DNA of 64,000 nucleotides from Octopus bimaculoides (lineage: Eukaryota), in assembly GCF_001194135.2 (NCBI RefSeq), contig NC_068987.1, positions 79,506,497 through 79,570,496 on the forward strand, written 5' to 3'. The notes under the pieces are model-generated. The model saw only the letters and a program-made list of their open reading frames with translations, had not been told where the DNA came from and did not search any database. Numbering within the stretch: the first letter of the stretch is position 1; each line of letters starts with the position of its first letter. Positions 24,526-37,115 of this stretch are shown here, in pieces. Both the position numbers and the translations under genes were made by a program.

Positions 24526-25643
24526 AAAAGAATATATACAGCTAAGAAACCTGCAGCATTCATGAAATTTCAGGAGACAAGTATAAATAAGAGAAATAAG
24601 AAAAGGACAAAATAAATAAATAAATGAATAAATAAATGAACGAATAAATAAATAAAAGAGGAAATGAAGAGGAATTGAGAGAAAAAGAAAAATGTACAAG
24701 AAAAAGAAAAACGAATAAGAAGGAAACGTATAAGAAGACGACAGCAAGACATAGCGGCAGCTGAAAATATTTAAACGACCTGTCAGGGTAGAGACTAATG
24801 CAGCTCTATTTTGCGTTGGAAATATTGTATCTTGAAGCCTCCATACATAATATAGTAAAAAATATAGTTCTATATACCTTTAAGTATTTATTCTATATCC
24901 ATTCATCTTCTTTGCCAACTCCACCACCAGCAACATAATGACTGAGTTTAATGTTAACAGTTTATATAAAACATTATTGTTGTCCCAAACCTGACCGAGA
25001 TTAATTGCATTTATAATTACTGTCATATATTGAAGTGTGGTTGTCATAATTTCTTTCGAACGATGAATTTCAACTTTTGAGAAGATTGTTTTGTTACCTT
25101 TTATATATATGCCTTGTTCCAGTCATTGGAGAGCGATCGTGATTTGGCGCCGCTTCGAAAGGTTTAATGGAATAACATGACCTCATTTATTATTTACATG
25201 TAAGTTTGAAACTGGTTCTATCGAGCTCTTTTGCCAAACTGCTATGCTGCGGGGACATAACCAAATACCGATTGTCAAGCGCTAGGGACACACAAAGACA
25301 CAATGACATACACACCCCACCCCCAAACATTCTCTATATATATATGTGTGTGTGTATGTATGTATGTATATATATATATATATAATAAGGATAAAGTCAT
25401 TATTTAATGATTTATCAATGGCTAGCATACTAATAATACCATAATGGTTAATTTATATTATAATTATAATAAGGATGATGAATAATTACACCGTCTGTCT
25501 GCTACAAATAGACGCCAAAAATGTTTATAAACCACTTAAATTATTACTCCAGTACTGCAAGGTTGTAAGCGAGGAAAATGGACAGAGAGGGTTTATAAAA
25601 TAATTTGGATAGTGCCATGTCTTAAGATTTTACGGTTTGTGAT

Positions 25644-25693
<50 letters not shown>

Positions 25694-25734
25694 CAGAGAG
25701 AGAGAGAGAGAGACGCTCAGCATTATCTTAGTTT

Positions 25735-25880
25735 CCGTCAACCAAATTCATTCACATTGAATTATTCGGCCCAAAGTCATAACCAAAGTCATAGTAGAAA
25801 CATCTGCACAGTGTCATGCAGTGGGACGGAAACCTGAACCACATGGCTGCAAAGCGACCTTCCTAATCACACAAGCATGC
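25735..25880 (-). mobile_element. SINE family A, degenerate 5' half
   Basis: TTTCCGTCAACCAAATTCA..GCAGTGGGACGGAAACCTGAACCACATGG is the reverse complement of the family A head region. Confidence 0.65.
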
Positions 25881-26318
25881 TTGCTCCTAATATATGAATT
25901 TTATATTATTTCTTTATCGGTTGCTTTTTCTTTTTTTTTTTCAAGTTATAGTTTTATAATTAATATATTTTCCTGTGTATTGCTCTTATTGTTCAGCCCC
26001 AGGCCAAACGTAACTGAGTAGACCCATGATGGAAGGCATTGAAAGCGTATAAAAACGGCTACTTAAAGGTTATTGAGGACCACGATGCCAAATATGTTCT
26101 TTCACTAATACAAAAGTAGAACGGCGTAATTTGACGAAGATTTTGTCGCTATTTCTAGCGAGTCGCATAGGCTCCGTCGTTGGCGCTTCTATTCTTTGGA
26201 AGTATCTTTCGATGCTCATGAGTCTATATGTGTGTATTTGCGTCGATGTATGTATGTATGTATGTGAGTATGCTTCGACAGTGGTAGTATTTGTTTAGTC
26301 GCTGTCACTCTTACTTGC

Positions 26319-26497
26319 TCAAGAATGAACATCAGGCAACGTACTGTTTCGTAAAGAATCGTTATGTTCGTTTATTACTAATAATCTACTTTGCTGATTT
26401 CCTACTAAAAATGGTTGCTCTTCGTCTATGCCATCCTTATGTTTTCTCAGGTTGTTGCTTGACCTACAAAATCGATTCTCATTTCCTAGTTGGTAGC
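26319..26497 (-). CDS. Speculative terminal coding exon (GYQLGNENRFCR..DEEQPFLVGNQ..STLPDVHS*)
   Basis: TTGCTTCAG|G acceptor, single open frame of 59 codons to TGA, GTAAGA donor 4 nt after the stop. No homology recognised. Confidence 0.25.
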
Positions 26498-27067
26498 CTG
26501 AAGCAAGTATGCAGTACATTTGATAACGGACAACCATCTTTCCGTTCTCCAGCACCGACGCACTATTGTTTAGTGGAAAATCACATTCTTCTCCTCTCTA
26601 TGTAGCCTGCCTGCTAGTCGCTAGAACAAGGTATTATATACTAACATACATTACGACCCAACGAAGAATTTGTTTTATATCACCGTAATGAATATTAGAA
26701 AAATGTTTCTTCATTTTTTTTCCTTACTCATATGGAAATAATATATATTTTACTTCTATATTTTGATAAATTGATAAAGTGTTTCAGAAAAAATAACGGA
26801 AAATATTAGAAAGAAAGAAATGAATGCTATGCCTGTGTGGTTTAGACCAAACTCTTGCTGTTTTCATAACAATAGTTTTGTCACAATAATAGACGTTTCA
26901 AGACAAGTTTCTAGTCACCACCTATTCTAATACTCAATAGTTAATTGTACTGTCGTATTTACGCAAAATTCTTTTTTTTCTTTCCTTCACTACATTTATG
27001 TTTTATTTCAGAGCCTGCTTCTTTTTTTCTTGCAAATCAAGTCAATGTCATATGGCTACAGAAACGT

Positions 27068-27083
27068 ATAGATAGATAGATAA

Positions 27084-27182
<99 letters not shown>

Positions 27183-27480
27183 TGTACGTATGTATAATGC
27201 ATGTTTATATGTATAGGCATAATCTGTGTAAGAGACTGCATCGATCAAAATATTACGTGTATTTATGTATAAATATATATAGGGTAACAGAGAGAGAGAG
27301 AGAGACAGACAGACAGAGACAGACAAAGGCAGAGACAGGCAGGGATACAGACAGTCAAATTAGATAGATAGATAGATACATACATGCATACATAGGTAGA
27401 TAGATAGATAGATAGAAATATAGATAGATACATACATACATACATAGGTAGATAGATAGATAAATAGAGAGATAGATATA
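27068..27480. repeat. (GATA)n/(GACA)n tetranucleotide arrays
   Basis: Read directly at 27068-27181 and 27361-27480. Confidence 0.95.
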
Positions 27481-28018
27481 GATCTTGATGTTGATATTGA
27501 TGTGTGTTTCTTTCTATAGCTTCAGTTTGCCAGGCAATGATTGATGGCGAGATAGTGAGAGAAAGATCAAAGTTAGTAAAATAAGAGAAGTGTTAGGATT
27601 TTTAAAGGAGGTGAAGACATTACATACCAAGACAGCTGCTTTGCACATGATGTTAGCAATCAATTAATAATTAGGTTGATAACACCCTGATAGCTAATTG
27701 CTAAGCTAGAATAGCTGTGGTAGAAATTAATTTGTGACTGAAGGAAGATTAATTCAACACATTTTACTGGGCTGAGACTCGATGTTTAGATAAACCAATT
27801 TAACAGTCATAATTATAGAGAAACAACAGTAACCACTGTGACGTCAGATTTACCTTTACAGCCAAACCTACCGATTTCTCCAGTCAAACAGCCTCAGCAA
27901 GTATCATAGCTATATATCATCATTTGCAAAATCATCAACTGATACACAAACACAAGCACGTGCAAACGGGCACGCACATACAGATTAAAACCAACGTACT
28001 TGCATATATACATATATA

Positions 28019-28201
28019 CCGACGGAGTCCCGAAAAGTTCCCGGCTTTTGGTAAGAGAAAACACGGGAGATCAGTTAATTATGATTTAATGCAACATATT
28101 CCCCGCTCAGATTCACACGCTTATTGCAGCGGTCCTACATTTTCCCTAAAACCTTTAAAAGAGTTCGAAAGGTTGGGCCTTAACTTTTCAGCACCACCTT
28201 T
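28019..28201. mobile_element. Mariner-derived MITE, same family as 764-945
   Basis: TA-CCGACGGAGTCCCGAAAAGTTCCCGGCTTTT ... AACTTTTCAGCACCACCTTT-TA. The interior ATCAGTTAATTA.GATTT..CAGATTCACAC matches the reverse complement of 764-945. Confidence 0.7.
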
Positions 28202-28410
28202 TACATAAGTATGTATATTATTTTGCATACTCATGTGTGCACGCACGCACACAGACAGAGACGCATACATAATATGGGTGGCTTATTAGCAATTTAACAA
28301 CCTAAAGGCAAATTTATTGACGTCTCTAAAGTGACCGAGAGTACTAGGTAGTATCAGCATTGCTGGAAATAAGAGTCAAAACAACACCAGCGCTACAGAA
28401 GCACTATCAT

Positions 28411-29078
28411 ATTTCTTTATTTCCCAGAAGGGGCTAAACATAGACGGGAAAAACAAGGACAGACAAAAGGTTTAAGTCGATTACATCGACCACGGTGCGT
28501 AACTGGTACTTAATTTATCGACCCCGAAAGGATGAAAGGCAAAGTCGACCTCGGCGGAATTTGAACTCAGAACGTAGCAGCAGACGAAATATCGATTTCT
28601 TTATTACCCATAAAGGGTTATACAAAGAATTTTTAAAACATCACAACACATAAAGACAGTACAAAACGAAACAAACATAAAATCGCAACTGTCATCAGAA
28701 TTCTGTCTTCTTTAGTCTCTTTTGGGGGGCACAATTTGTATGAGTCTCCCTCAACTTCTATCAAATTCCTGCTTCTGGTCACCTCCTCCATATCCAACTT
28801 GATCAACTTGGTTTCCAGCGGCACTGGCTTCCTCGCCACAGTGGCCTTGGCGTAGCATTCCATACTGGAGACACTACCACTTGCTATAGCTGGGAAAAAA
28901 TGCAGCGGCTCGCGTGAAAGGTAACCGTAATAATTCCACAAAAATCACGATTATTTACAGAGACAGTTTTCACAAAGTAACACAACAGTATTCACAATAA
29001 TTCACAATAATTCACAGAGCCGTTATACCGCTAAGCAGTTCGACCGGCGTGCTAACGTTTCTGCCAGCTCGCCGCCTT
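28411..29078 (-). mobile_element. SINE family B with T-rich LINE-like tail, split by an insertion
   Basis: Head AAGGCGGCGAGCTGGCAGAAACGTTAGCACGCCGG at 29078-29031; body resumes at 28594. Flanking direct repeat CTACAGAAGCACTATC / CTACAAAAGCACTATC. Confidence 0.88.
28595..29024 (-). mobile_element. 430-bp internally deleted LINE-like element (possibly L1/Tx1 group)
   Basis: Flanked by CGGTAT/CGATAT. 5' leader with a 10-bp tandem, a short ORF (ASGSVSSMECYAKATVARKPVPLETKLIKLDMEEVTRSR...), and a T-rich 3' end finishing AATAAAGAAAT. The clade call is from memory and is unverified. Confidence 0.5.
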
Positions 29079-30416
29079 CTACAAAAGCACTATCTTAATG
29101 TGCTTTTGTAGAAGCACAGCTACAGAAGTACTATCTTAATGACTGACAAGAGGGGGCAAGCACCCCATTGAACATAGCCAGGTCATCGGAGATTTCCAGT
29201 TCTGATGCAGAGCATTTTAATTCTCAGCGGTGGTTCTTACCGCGCCTAAGATTAAACTTAACTCACCTTGTCAGCTTATAAGAAAACCGTTGAACTCAAA
29301 TGCTGATTTAAAAAGCAGTAAAAGTGAAAACTATAAATAATTTGGGTGGTTTATTAGCAATTTAACAATCTAAAAGCAAATTTGTAGACGTCACTAAAGT
29401 GGCAGAGGGTACTAGTAGTAGTACAAGTATTGCTAGCAATAATGTTTTCTTATAAGCTGACAAGGAGAGTTAAGTTGAACCCTTGGCGTGGTAAGAGCCA
29501 CCGATGAGAATTAAAATGCTCTGCATCAAAATTCGAAATCGCCGGTGATTCGGCTATGTCCAATGGATTGCTTGCCTCCCCTTGTCAATTATTAACATAG
29601 TGCTTCTGTATCGTTGCAGTTGTTTTGACTCTTATTTATAGCAATGTTGGTACTGTTTAGTACACTAGGAAATGGATGCGTGGCGTTCAGTTAAAGAAGC
29701 TAGTTTAGTAACCACGGGAATCTACAGTTCTTCCTCGTAAATTGACACGAATATAAGCGGTTACGGACCTTCCGTGTGTGGAATGTCAGTGACGCACCTG
29801 AATTTCTATTGAGAAAATTCAGAAGTTAAGAATTTTCGCAATGATATTAATAGTGTACATGAAAAGGAATGTATTTAGCCAAGATTAAAACCCGAGGCAC
29901 AGACTCGTCTGAAGAGAAATGAAGATATAGTTATACAATATCTGCCCTTATTTCACTAACTATTATTTCCTTCTATCAAGGCTCAATGTCGTATATTTTC
30001 GAGTAGGGTAAAAGGTATTTGGATCTCTTTTATCTTCCCAAATAACATTAGCGATGTAAGTAAACCAAAATTCGAAAATTCCACTCCAAGGATGTTTATT
30101 GAAAGCAGTAGCTAACGAAAAAATAAAAAATTTAAAATACGAATGCATTTTTTTAAAAATCATAAATGATGTATTTTTAGTTTTATTATTTTTATTTTTA
30201 ACGCTTCCGTAGGAGGTTTAAAACGTTTCCTGCAGGAAAAAAATAAATCCTTGCAAACGATGGAAGCAAATATAGAAAACAGAAAGGAAAGAGGGAATTT
30301 TCAAATTAGGGCTCATGATACACGCTCTGACAATGCATTATACTTTATATGATGGTAACGGTGATTCTGCACTCTAGATCCATTAGCAGCTCTAGATATA
30401 AATATATATATCTCAC

Positions 30417-30487
30417 CGTTTTTATTTTCAAGAATTTTAAAGCTTTTAAAACCCATGTGAAATCTGAAAGTTCTGGGTATTTTGACA
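30417..30487 (-). CDS. Speculative 71-nt internal exon
   Basis: GATTTACAG acceptor and ACG|GTGAGA donor; two frames open (VKIPRTFRFHMGFKSFKILENKN or SKYPELSDFTWVLKALKFLKIKT). Confidence 0.25.
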
Positions 30488-31287
30488 CTGTAAATCATAC
30501 ATCACATGTCATGCCAGTGAAATGAGCGATACTAATGCGAGTAGCATTGCATATGTGATATCACACTTAATGTTGCTTGAATAATTATACTTAACATTTC
30601 GTAGTATATGCTCATATTTAACATCTGAAATTTATTCACTAGAATATAATTTCCCGAATAGGTTTACTACTTTAGTTAAGCATGTTCTTGCAAATAAATC
30701 TCGCCATACAGCTGTTCATTGTACTCAACATTTGTAACTACAAGTCAGATCTAAGAGCCCGAAATCCACCAAGTTGTCCTTTATGTACACACTAGTCCTG
30801 CTAGAAATAGCAGCTAAATCTTCGTCATCTTACACATCACGACACTAACTGAAGACAATGTATATCAAATACGCACTACTAAATATCCGTAAAAGGTCAA
30901 GATGGAGTAACGAATGTAAAACCAGAAACATAAAAATCATGCACTTGGTACTAATTAGGAAATTGAAATAATACGTCAACCTCCCACACATCTCTAAAAT
31001 TCTTGTTGTTTCTTAAAATTGTCGAAAACCTGATTGTTTCATTAGATACCTCTGTTTAATGAGTTCCCTCAACAGTATTTGTTTTATTGAATACTTTTAT
31101 ATTCTTATATGTTCGATACATAATATAACGAATCAGGGTTGGGTGAGAGAAAGTATTTACATGATGCACTATTATTAATGTTACACGAAACTCAACGCTC
31201 TCTACCACGGCTCACAGTGAACTGCTTACCAACCCGAACTGCCAATCGCTCGCAGCTCTTTCCTTTATAATAATGAGTTAGTCCAAA

Positions 31288-31715
31288 GCAACGAGCTGGC
31301 AGAAACGTTAGCACGCGGGCGAAATGCTAGCGGTATTTCGTCTTTCTTTACATTCTGAGTTCAAATTCCGCCGAGTTCGACTTTGCCTTTCCTCCTTTCG
31401 GGGTCGATAAATTAAGTGCCAGTTACGCACTGGGGTCGATGTAATCGACTTAATCCCTTCGTCTGTCCTTGTTTGTCTCCTTTATGTTTAGCCTCTTGTG
31501 GGTAGTAAAGAAATAAGAAACGTTACCACACCGGGTGAAATGCTTAGCGGTATTTCGTCTGTCTTTACGCTTTGATTTCAAATTCCGCCAAGGTTGACTT
31601 TGCTTTTCATACATTCGGGGTCGATAAATTAAGTAACAGTTGCGTACTGGGGTCGATCTAAACGATTGTCCCCCTCCCCAAAAATGCCGGGCCTTGTGCC
31701 TAGAGTAGAAAATAA
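31288..31715 (+). mobile_element. Two SINE family B copies in tandem; the first carries the LINE-like tail
   Basis: Copy 1 ends TATGTTTAGCCTCTTGTGGGTAGTAAAGAAATAA. Copy 2 starts at GAAACGTTACCACACCGGG, i.e. inside the head. Confidence 0.88.
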
Positions 31716-32817
31716 TAATGAGCCAGTCCACCTTTTAGCCCCCTTGAGGGGTGGTCGGAATCTTTCCACAGCAGATACTTATATCAACAATTCATAATCT
31801 GAATGAAATTCCCATAAGAGCAACAGAAGCAATATTAGTGTAAAATAACCAACTGTGTATAATACTCTGTGTAATATACCGCTAAAAAGCAAATTTATTG
31901 CGATATTTGTCCGGAGATAATATCTCTACTTGACATGCTGCGATTATAAGTACAAACTATTTCGGTAGCCTAAAATAATGCAGAAGCAGCAGGTGAGAAT
32001 GACAGATGATAATTTATGTCCCAGTAGCATATAACTCACTTCCAACGGCATGTTAAGAAGAAATCTGTCGCTCGACTTTGCCATTCATCCTTTCGTGATT
32101 GATAAAAAGAAAACGTACCATTTTGAGCATTGGAATCGATGTTATCAATGTAAATCCTCTCCCAAAATTGCTGGCATTGTACCAATATTTGAAAACATTA
32201 CTGTTACTTATTCTTGTTAATTACAGTGACGGAGTTGTATGTTATTAGTAAATCTCTGTAATTCATAGGTCAGCGCTACGAAATCTAGTACTTTCTTGAA
32301 AAAACTTAATTTGCATTTTTACCAGACATTTAAATTCGACAAATATAATGTTCTTTAAATCTACTCTATCGAATAATCGCAATTGCTGTTATGAAGTAAT
32401 CGTGATCATGTTTGAAAATAGAATTCTAAAAAAATATGTCTAACATTAAATGTATGACAAATCTAGTTTGCAGCAACAGACGAAACAATGCAACAAAATT
32501 TCAACAATTACAGTAACAAGCGAATATGCATGATTCCATCAATGACATATATAGACATATATAGAATTACTATGGAATAATAAAACAATGAAAGATTGAG
32601 AAACGAGAAACCAAGAGTTTACTCGATATGCTACACACACGCACGTACGCAATTGTTTATTATTCTTCCTATCTTATGGCCATAGTCCCGAAATCTTTTG
32701 TCATACATCTGTGAACTCCTCCTCGAATGTTCATCCCGCGTGTGTCCTCCTGATCTGTGTAGTCCATCCCCTCTCTCTCTCCATCTCTTTCTGTATATAT
32801 ATATATANNNNNNNNNN

Positions 32818-33165
32818 TAACCCTCGAACAGGGACAAGAACGCAAAACATCCAGACAGATATGTGATACAAGAAAGGGACAACACACCAACCAGATAGGC
32901 GGAGTTTTCTTTCCTCAGTCGAGTTCCAGATAATCTTTGCAATTTCGGCTGGTTATACGAGAGATTGCTCCAATCTGGCCAGCCCCAAGAAAAAACTAAG
33001 CTAAGAGCATTAGATTCCTTGGAAGAAAGCAGAGAATGTATACAAATACAAGGACGGAAAAAAACGAACAATGTTACACAAATACAATAAAAATAATAAG
33101 AAGACATAACAACAGCTGTTTTTCGACTAAGGACGAATTAAATTAAGCTGGCGTGTGTGGAAATA
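32818..33165 (-). repeat. Interspersed repeat family E, copy without the ribozyme-like segment
   Basis: GGGACAAGAACGCAAAACATCCAGACAG..TTGCAATTTCGGCTGGTTAT..TTGCTCCAATCTGGCCAGCCC.AAG.AAAAACTAAGCTAAGAGC is shared with 37349-37610. Confidence 0.85.
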
Positions 33166-33980
33166 AAGCCGTACGACAGGGAAACACGCACACACACATA
33201 TACATATATGTATATAAACTTATACAAATATTTATATATATATATGCACACACGCGCGCGCAGGCACACATATATAACACGAGAAAATAAAGGAAAACAA
33301 GGAAGGTTACATGGGATCTTTAGCTCAATATATTACTTACAAAATATATTGTAAATATAATTTTCTTTTTCCGTCAGGGGTTATTGTGTTTAGAATCTGA
33401 TCTCAATTATTTAAGAAATACGAAATTTGGAGGCGTTAAAACTCAAACATAATTTTGGGAAATTCTGCTGTCATTCCTTCTCCCATTGCACTTATCCGAA
33501 GATTGAATCTTTTATCAGCCTTGATAATAAAATACTGATCAAGCAAAGAATCATTGTTGCTTTTTCGAAAATAAATCCGGTAGGGAATAACCAAAATTTA
33601 ACCATATTGATTTTATGTGAACAAAGTTGGGTGAAACTGAATTTTTGCTTGCATACACACATTTAGCCACATAACACATACACACACGCATGCATACACA
33701 CACACACACACACGCACACACAAATAGATACACATGAACACAAACATATCTTTTACTTATTTCACATAAAACACACACGCGCAAACACACACACATACAC
33801 ACATTAAAACAAACATATCTTTTATATTTTAGTTATTTCAGTAATTGGAACGTAGTCATACTGCAGCATTGTATTGGAGAGTTAAGTAGACTAAATCGAC
33901 GCCGCTACAGCTTATTTGTATTTGTAAAGTATAATAATAGCTATTTTATCAGTCGCTTGTCCCAGTTTGCCAGTTTGCAT

Positions 33981-34012
<32 letters not shown>

Positions 34013-34339
34013 TGTGAAATACAAATAAGACGATAATTTATTCTCAAACGCATAAACGCTGATAGAACAGCAGAGATTGTATAAGATATCCATACAAAGC
34101 GGAAAAATTTGTCAGCAACCAAGCCATGAGACTTAAACTCACATCCCTTTGATTACCGGTCAATTAAGTTAAACTGCCCACCCACATTATTATTTTTTTT
34201 TTTTTTTACATTTATCGTAATATAATTTCAGCTTTGTATCGTTCGGAAATGGCTTGTTCGCTGACAAATTTTTGCGCTTTGTATAGATATCATATCCAAT
34301 ACACATTTCAATGCTTCTAAAACAAACATTAGTTTGCTT

Positions 34340-34382
<43 letters not shown>

Positions 34383-35005
34383 NNNNNNNNNNNNNNNNNN
34401 NNNNNNNNNNNNNNNNNNNNNNNNNNNNNNNNNNNNNNNNNNNNNNNNNNNNNNNNNNNNNNNNNNNNNNNNNNNNNNNNNNNNNNNNNNNNNNNNNNNN
34501 NNNNNNNNNNNNNNNNNNNNNNNNNNNNNNNNNNNNNNNNNNNNNNNNNNNNNNNNNNNNNNNNNNNNNNNNNNNNNNNNNNNNNNNNNNNNNNNNNNNN
34601 NNNNNNNNNNNNNNNNNNNNNNNNNNNNNNNNNNNNNNNNNNNNNNNNNNNNNNNNNNNNNNNNNNNNNNNNNNNNNNNNNNNNNNNNNNNNNNNNNNNN
34701 NNNNNNNNNNNNNNNNNNNNNNNNNNNNNNNNNNNNNNNNNNNNNNNNNNNNNNNNNNNNNNNNNNNNNNNNNNNNNNNNNNNNNNNNNNNNNNNNNNNN
34801 NNNNNNNNNNNNNNNNNNNNNNNNNNNNNNNNNNNNNNNNNNNNNNNNNNNNNNNNNNNNNNNNNNNNNNNNNNNNNNNNNNNNNNNNNNNNNNNNNNNN
34901 NNNNNNNNNNNNNNNNNNNNNNNNNNNNNNNNNNNNNNNNNNNNNNNNNNNNNNNNNNNNNNNNNNNNNNNNNNNNNNNNNNNNNNNNNNNNNNNNNNNN
35001 NNNNN

Positions 35006-35042
<37 letters not shown>

Positions 35043-35129
35043 GTAGTATATTGCCACTTAAGTGTGGCTGACCCCTAGGGGTGGATGTTACTGTTGCTTT
35101 TAGCCCCAGGAGGACATCTCCTCCAGCTG

Positions 35130-35625
35130 GCTTAGAAGCTGCTTTTCTTTGTGCCTCCTGCTGCGATGTGGGCTCATCTGGGATTTCAGATAAATATTTA
35201 TCCAGGTACTTTTTGAACGTTTCCACATCTACACCTTGCAGACCTCTTAGGTTCCTTGACAGGATATTAAACAGTCGTGGTTCCCTGAAACTCAAGCTGC
35301 TGCAAATACTGGGTCCTTATCTGAGTTGAAGAAGATGGTGTCGTTAGAATTATGCAGTGCCGTCCAGTTTGGTGGTTTGTATAGTTTTTAATTTCAAATT
35401 TAGAATATCGCTGCATATCATTCTCGCCTTCTCTCCAGGGAGTAGAGCGTCAGTTCTTGTAGTCCTTCCCAGTAGCACATCTGTTTCACCAAGCCAATCT
35501 TCATTGTATAGCGGCGCCAGATATTCTCAAGTTCCGCCACCAATTTGAGGCTCTGCGGCAGCCACAGTTGGGTGCGGTAATGAAGAGGAATAAGGACAAA
35601 GATCCTCCATAGGAGTAGCTAGGCA
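35130..35625 (-). mobile_element. CR1/L2-group LINE, ORF2 C-terminal fragment
   Basis: Broken frames read LLWRIFV..L.Y..QLW.P..LKLVAELENI.RRYT.KI..YWE.LQEL.LYSLERRRE, then SFREPRLFNILSRNLR.L.GVDVETFKKYLDKYLSEIPDEP, typical post-RT CR1-like motifs. The 5' side is lost at a gap. Confidence 0.85.
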
Positions 35626-35996
35626 TCCTTATATATNNNNNNNNNNNNNNNNNNNNNNNNNNNNNNNNNNNNNNNNNNNNNNNNNNNNNNNNNNNNNNNN
35701 NNNNNNNNNNNNNNNNNNNNNNNNNNNNNNNNNNNNNNNNNNNNNNNNNNNNNNNNNNNNNNNNNNNNNNNNNNNNNNNNNNNNNNNNNNNNNNNNNNNN
35801 NNNNNNNNNNNNNNNNNNNNNNNNNNNNNNNNNNNNNNNNNNNNNNNNNNNNNNNNNNNNNNNNNNNNNNNNNNNNNNNNNNNNNNNNNNNNNNNNNNNN
35901 NNNNNNNNNNNNNNNNNNNNNNNNNNNNNNNNNNNNNNNNNNNNNNNNNNNNNNNNNNNNNNNNNNNNNNNNNNNNNNNNNNNNNNNNNNNNNNNN

Positions 35997-36061
<65 letters not shown>

Positions 36062-36438
36062 GCATATTATTTTCTGCTTGTGTGTGTGTATGTGATATTT
36101 TACTCATTAAGGCGTCTGTGTATGATAAAACCAATCAACTATCATTAAATATGTGTTAACCTAATTGAAATTGTGAATAACAGTTATAATTTATTTATTA
36201 TCAAAATTGATCAACCAAAGAAAAAAAAATAAATAAAAGCTGAAGCGACATCAATCAGTCTATAGAATTTTCTTCAAAAGCAAACAGCTTACGTATGTAT
36301 AGCTTTTCTTTCTTTATCTCAGGCAGTTTTCAAAATAGATGCAAGTCTAGAATTTCGTTCATTATGAACAGAGGTCAAAGTGTACATTGGTATTGAATAC
36401 TATCTTCTAACGATGAAATGTCAGCATTTCCCCTTCAG

Positions 36439-36523
36439 GGAATATGTCAAGAACGATGCCAGTGAATGGCTGCGATGCTTAAGTCATGTATATCTGACTC
36501 TCAAGTGCATTCTCATTGATGAA
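36439..36523 (+). CDS. Speculative isolated exon (EYVKNDASEWLRCLSHVYLTLKCILIDE)
   Basis: TTTCCCCTTCAG|G acceptor and GAA|GTGAGT donor; only one frame open; no partner exon found. Confidence 0.15.
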
Positions 36524-36982
36524 GTGAGTAGTCAGACCCTTTTTTCTAACGATACTATTATAGTCGTTTGTCAAAATTCCTTTTGTGCATTGCCAAAGTG
36601 AATTAAAATTTTGTAGAAGAGAAAAATCGTTATTTCCAGATTAATTAAAGTGTGATTTTGGTATTAATCAAAACGATACTTGTCGGTAAATAACAGTGTA
36701 ATTATGAAGGAAGAATTGCGTTAATAAATACAAGAATGAACGATTTTGATGTATTTTGTCAAAAGCTAATTAAAAGAACACATCACAAATATAATAGGTT
36801 ATACATTCGGGAATATAAATGTATTGAATAGAGTGTTACACTGATAATTACGTGAGAATTGTGAAAATTGATCGCAGAAGTACAAACATCAAACTACATA
36901 CATCTACACAAAGAAACACACACACACACACACACGCACATACGTATGCATGTAAAGAAAGTATGTGTAAGTATATCTGTCC

Positions 36983-37024
<42 letters not shown>

Positions 37025-37115
37025 TTATATATATANNNNNNNNNNNNNNNNNNNNNNNNNNNNNNNNNNNNNNNNNNNNNNNNNNNNNNNNNNNNNNNNN
37101 NNNNNNNNNNNNNNN

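Larger units (their letters stand above)
28275..29668. repeat. Rearranged direct-plus-inverted repeat (A-B ... A-B inverted) hosting nested insertions
   Basis: 28275-28345 is repeated at 29343-29420. 28341-28410 plus 29110-29291 is the reverse complement of 29441-29668, with many substitutions. Confidence 0.8.
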
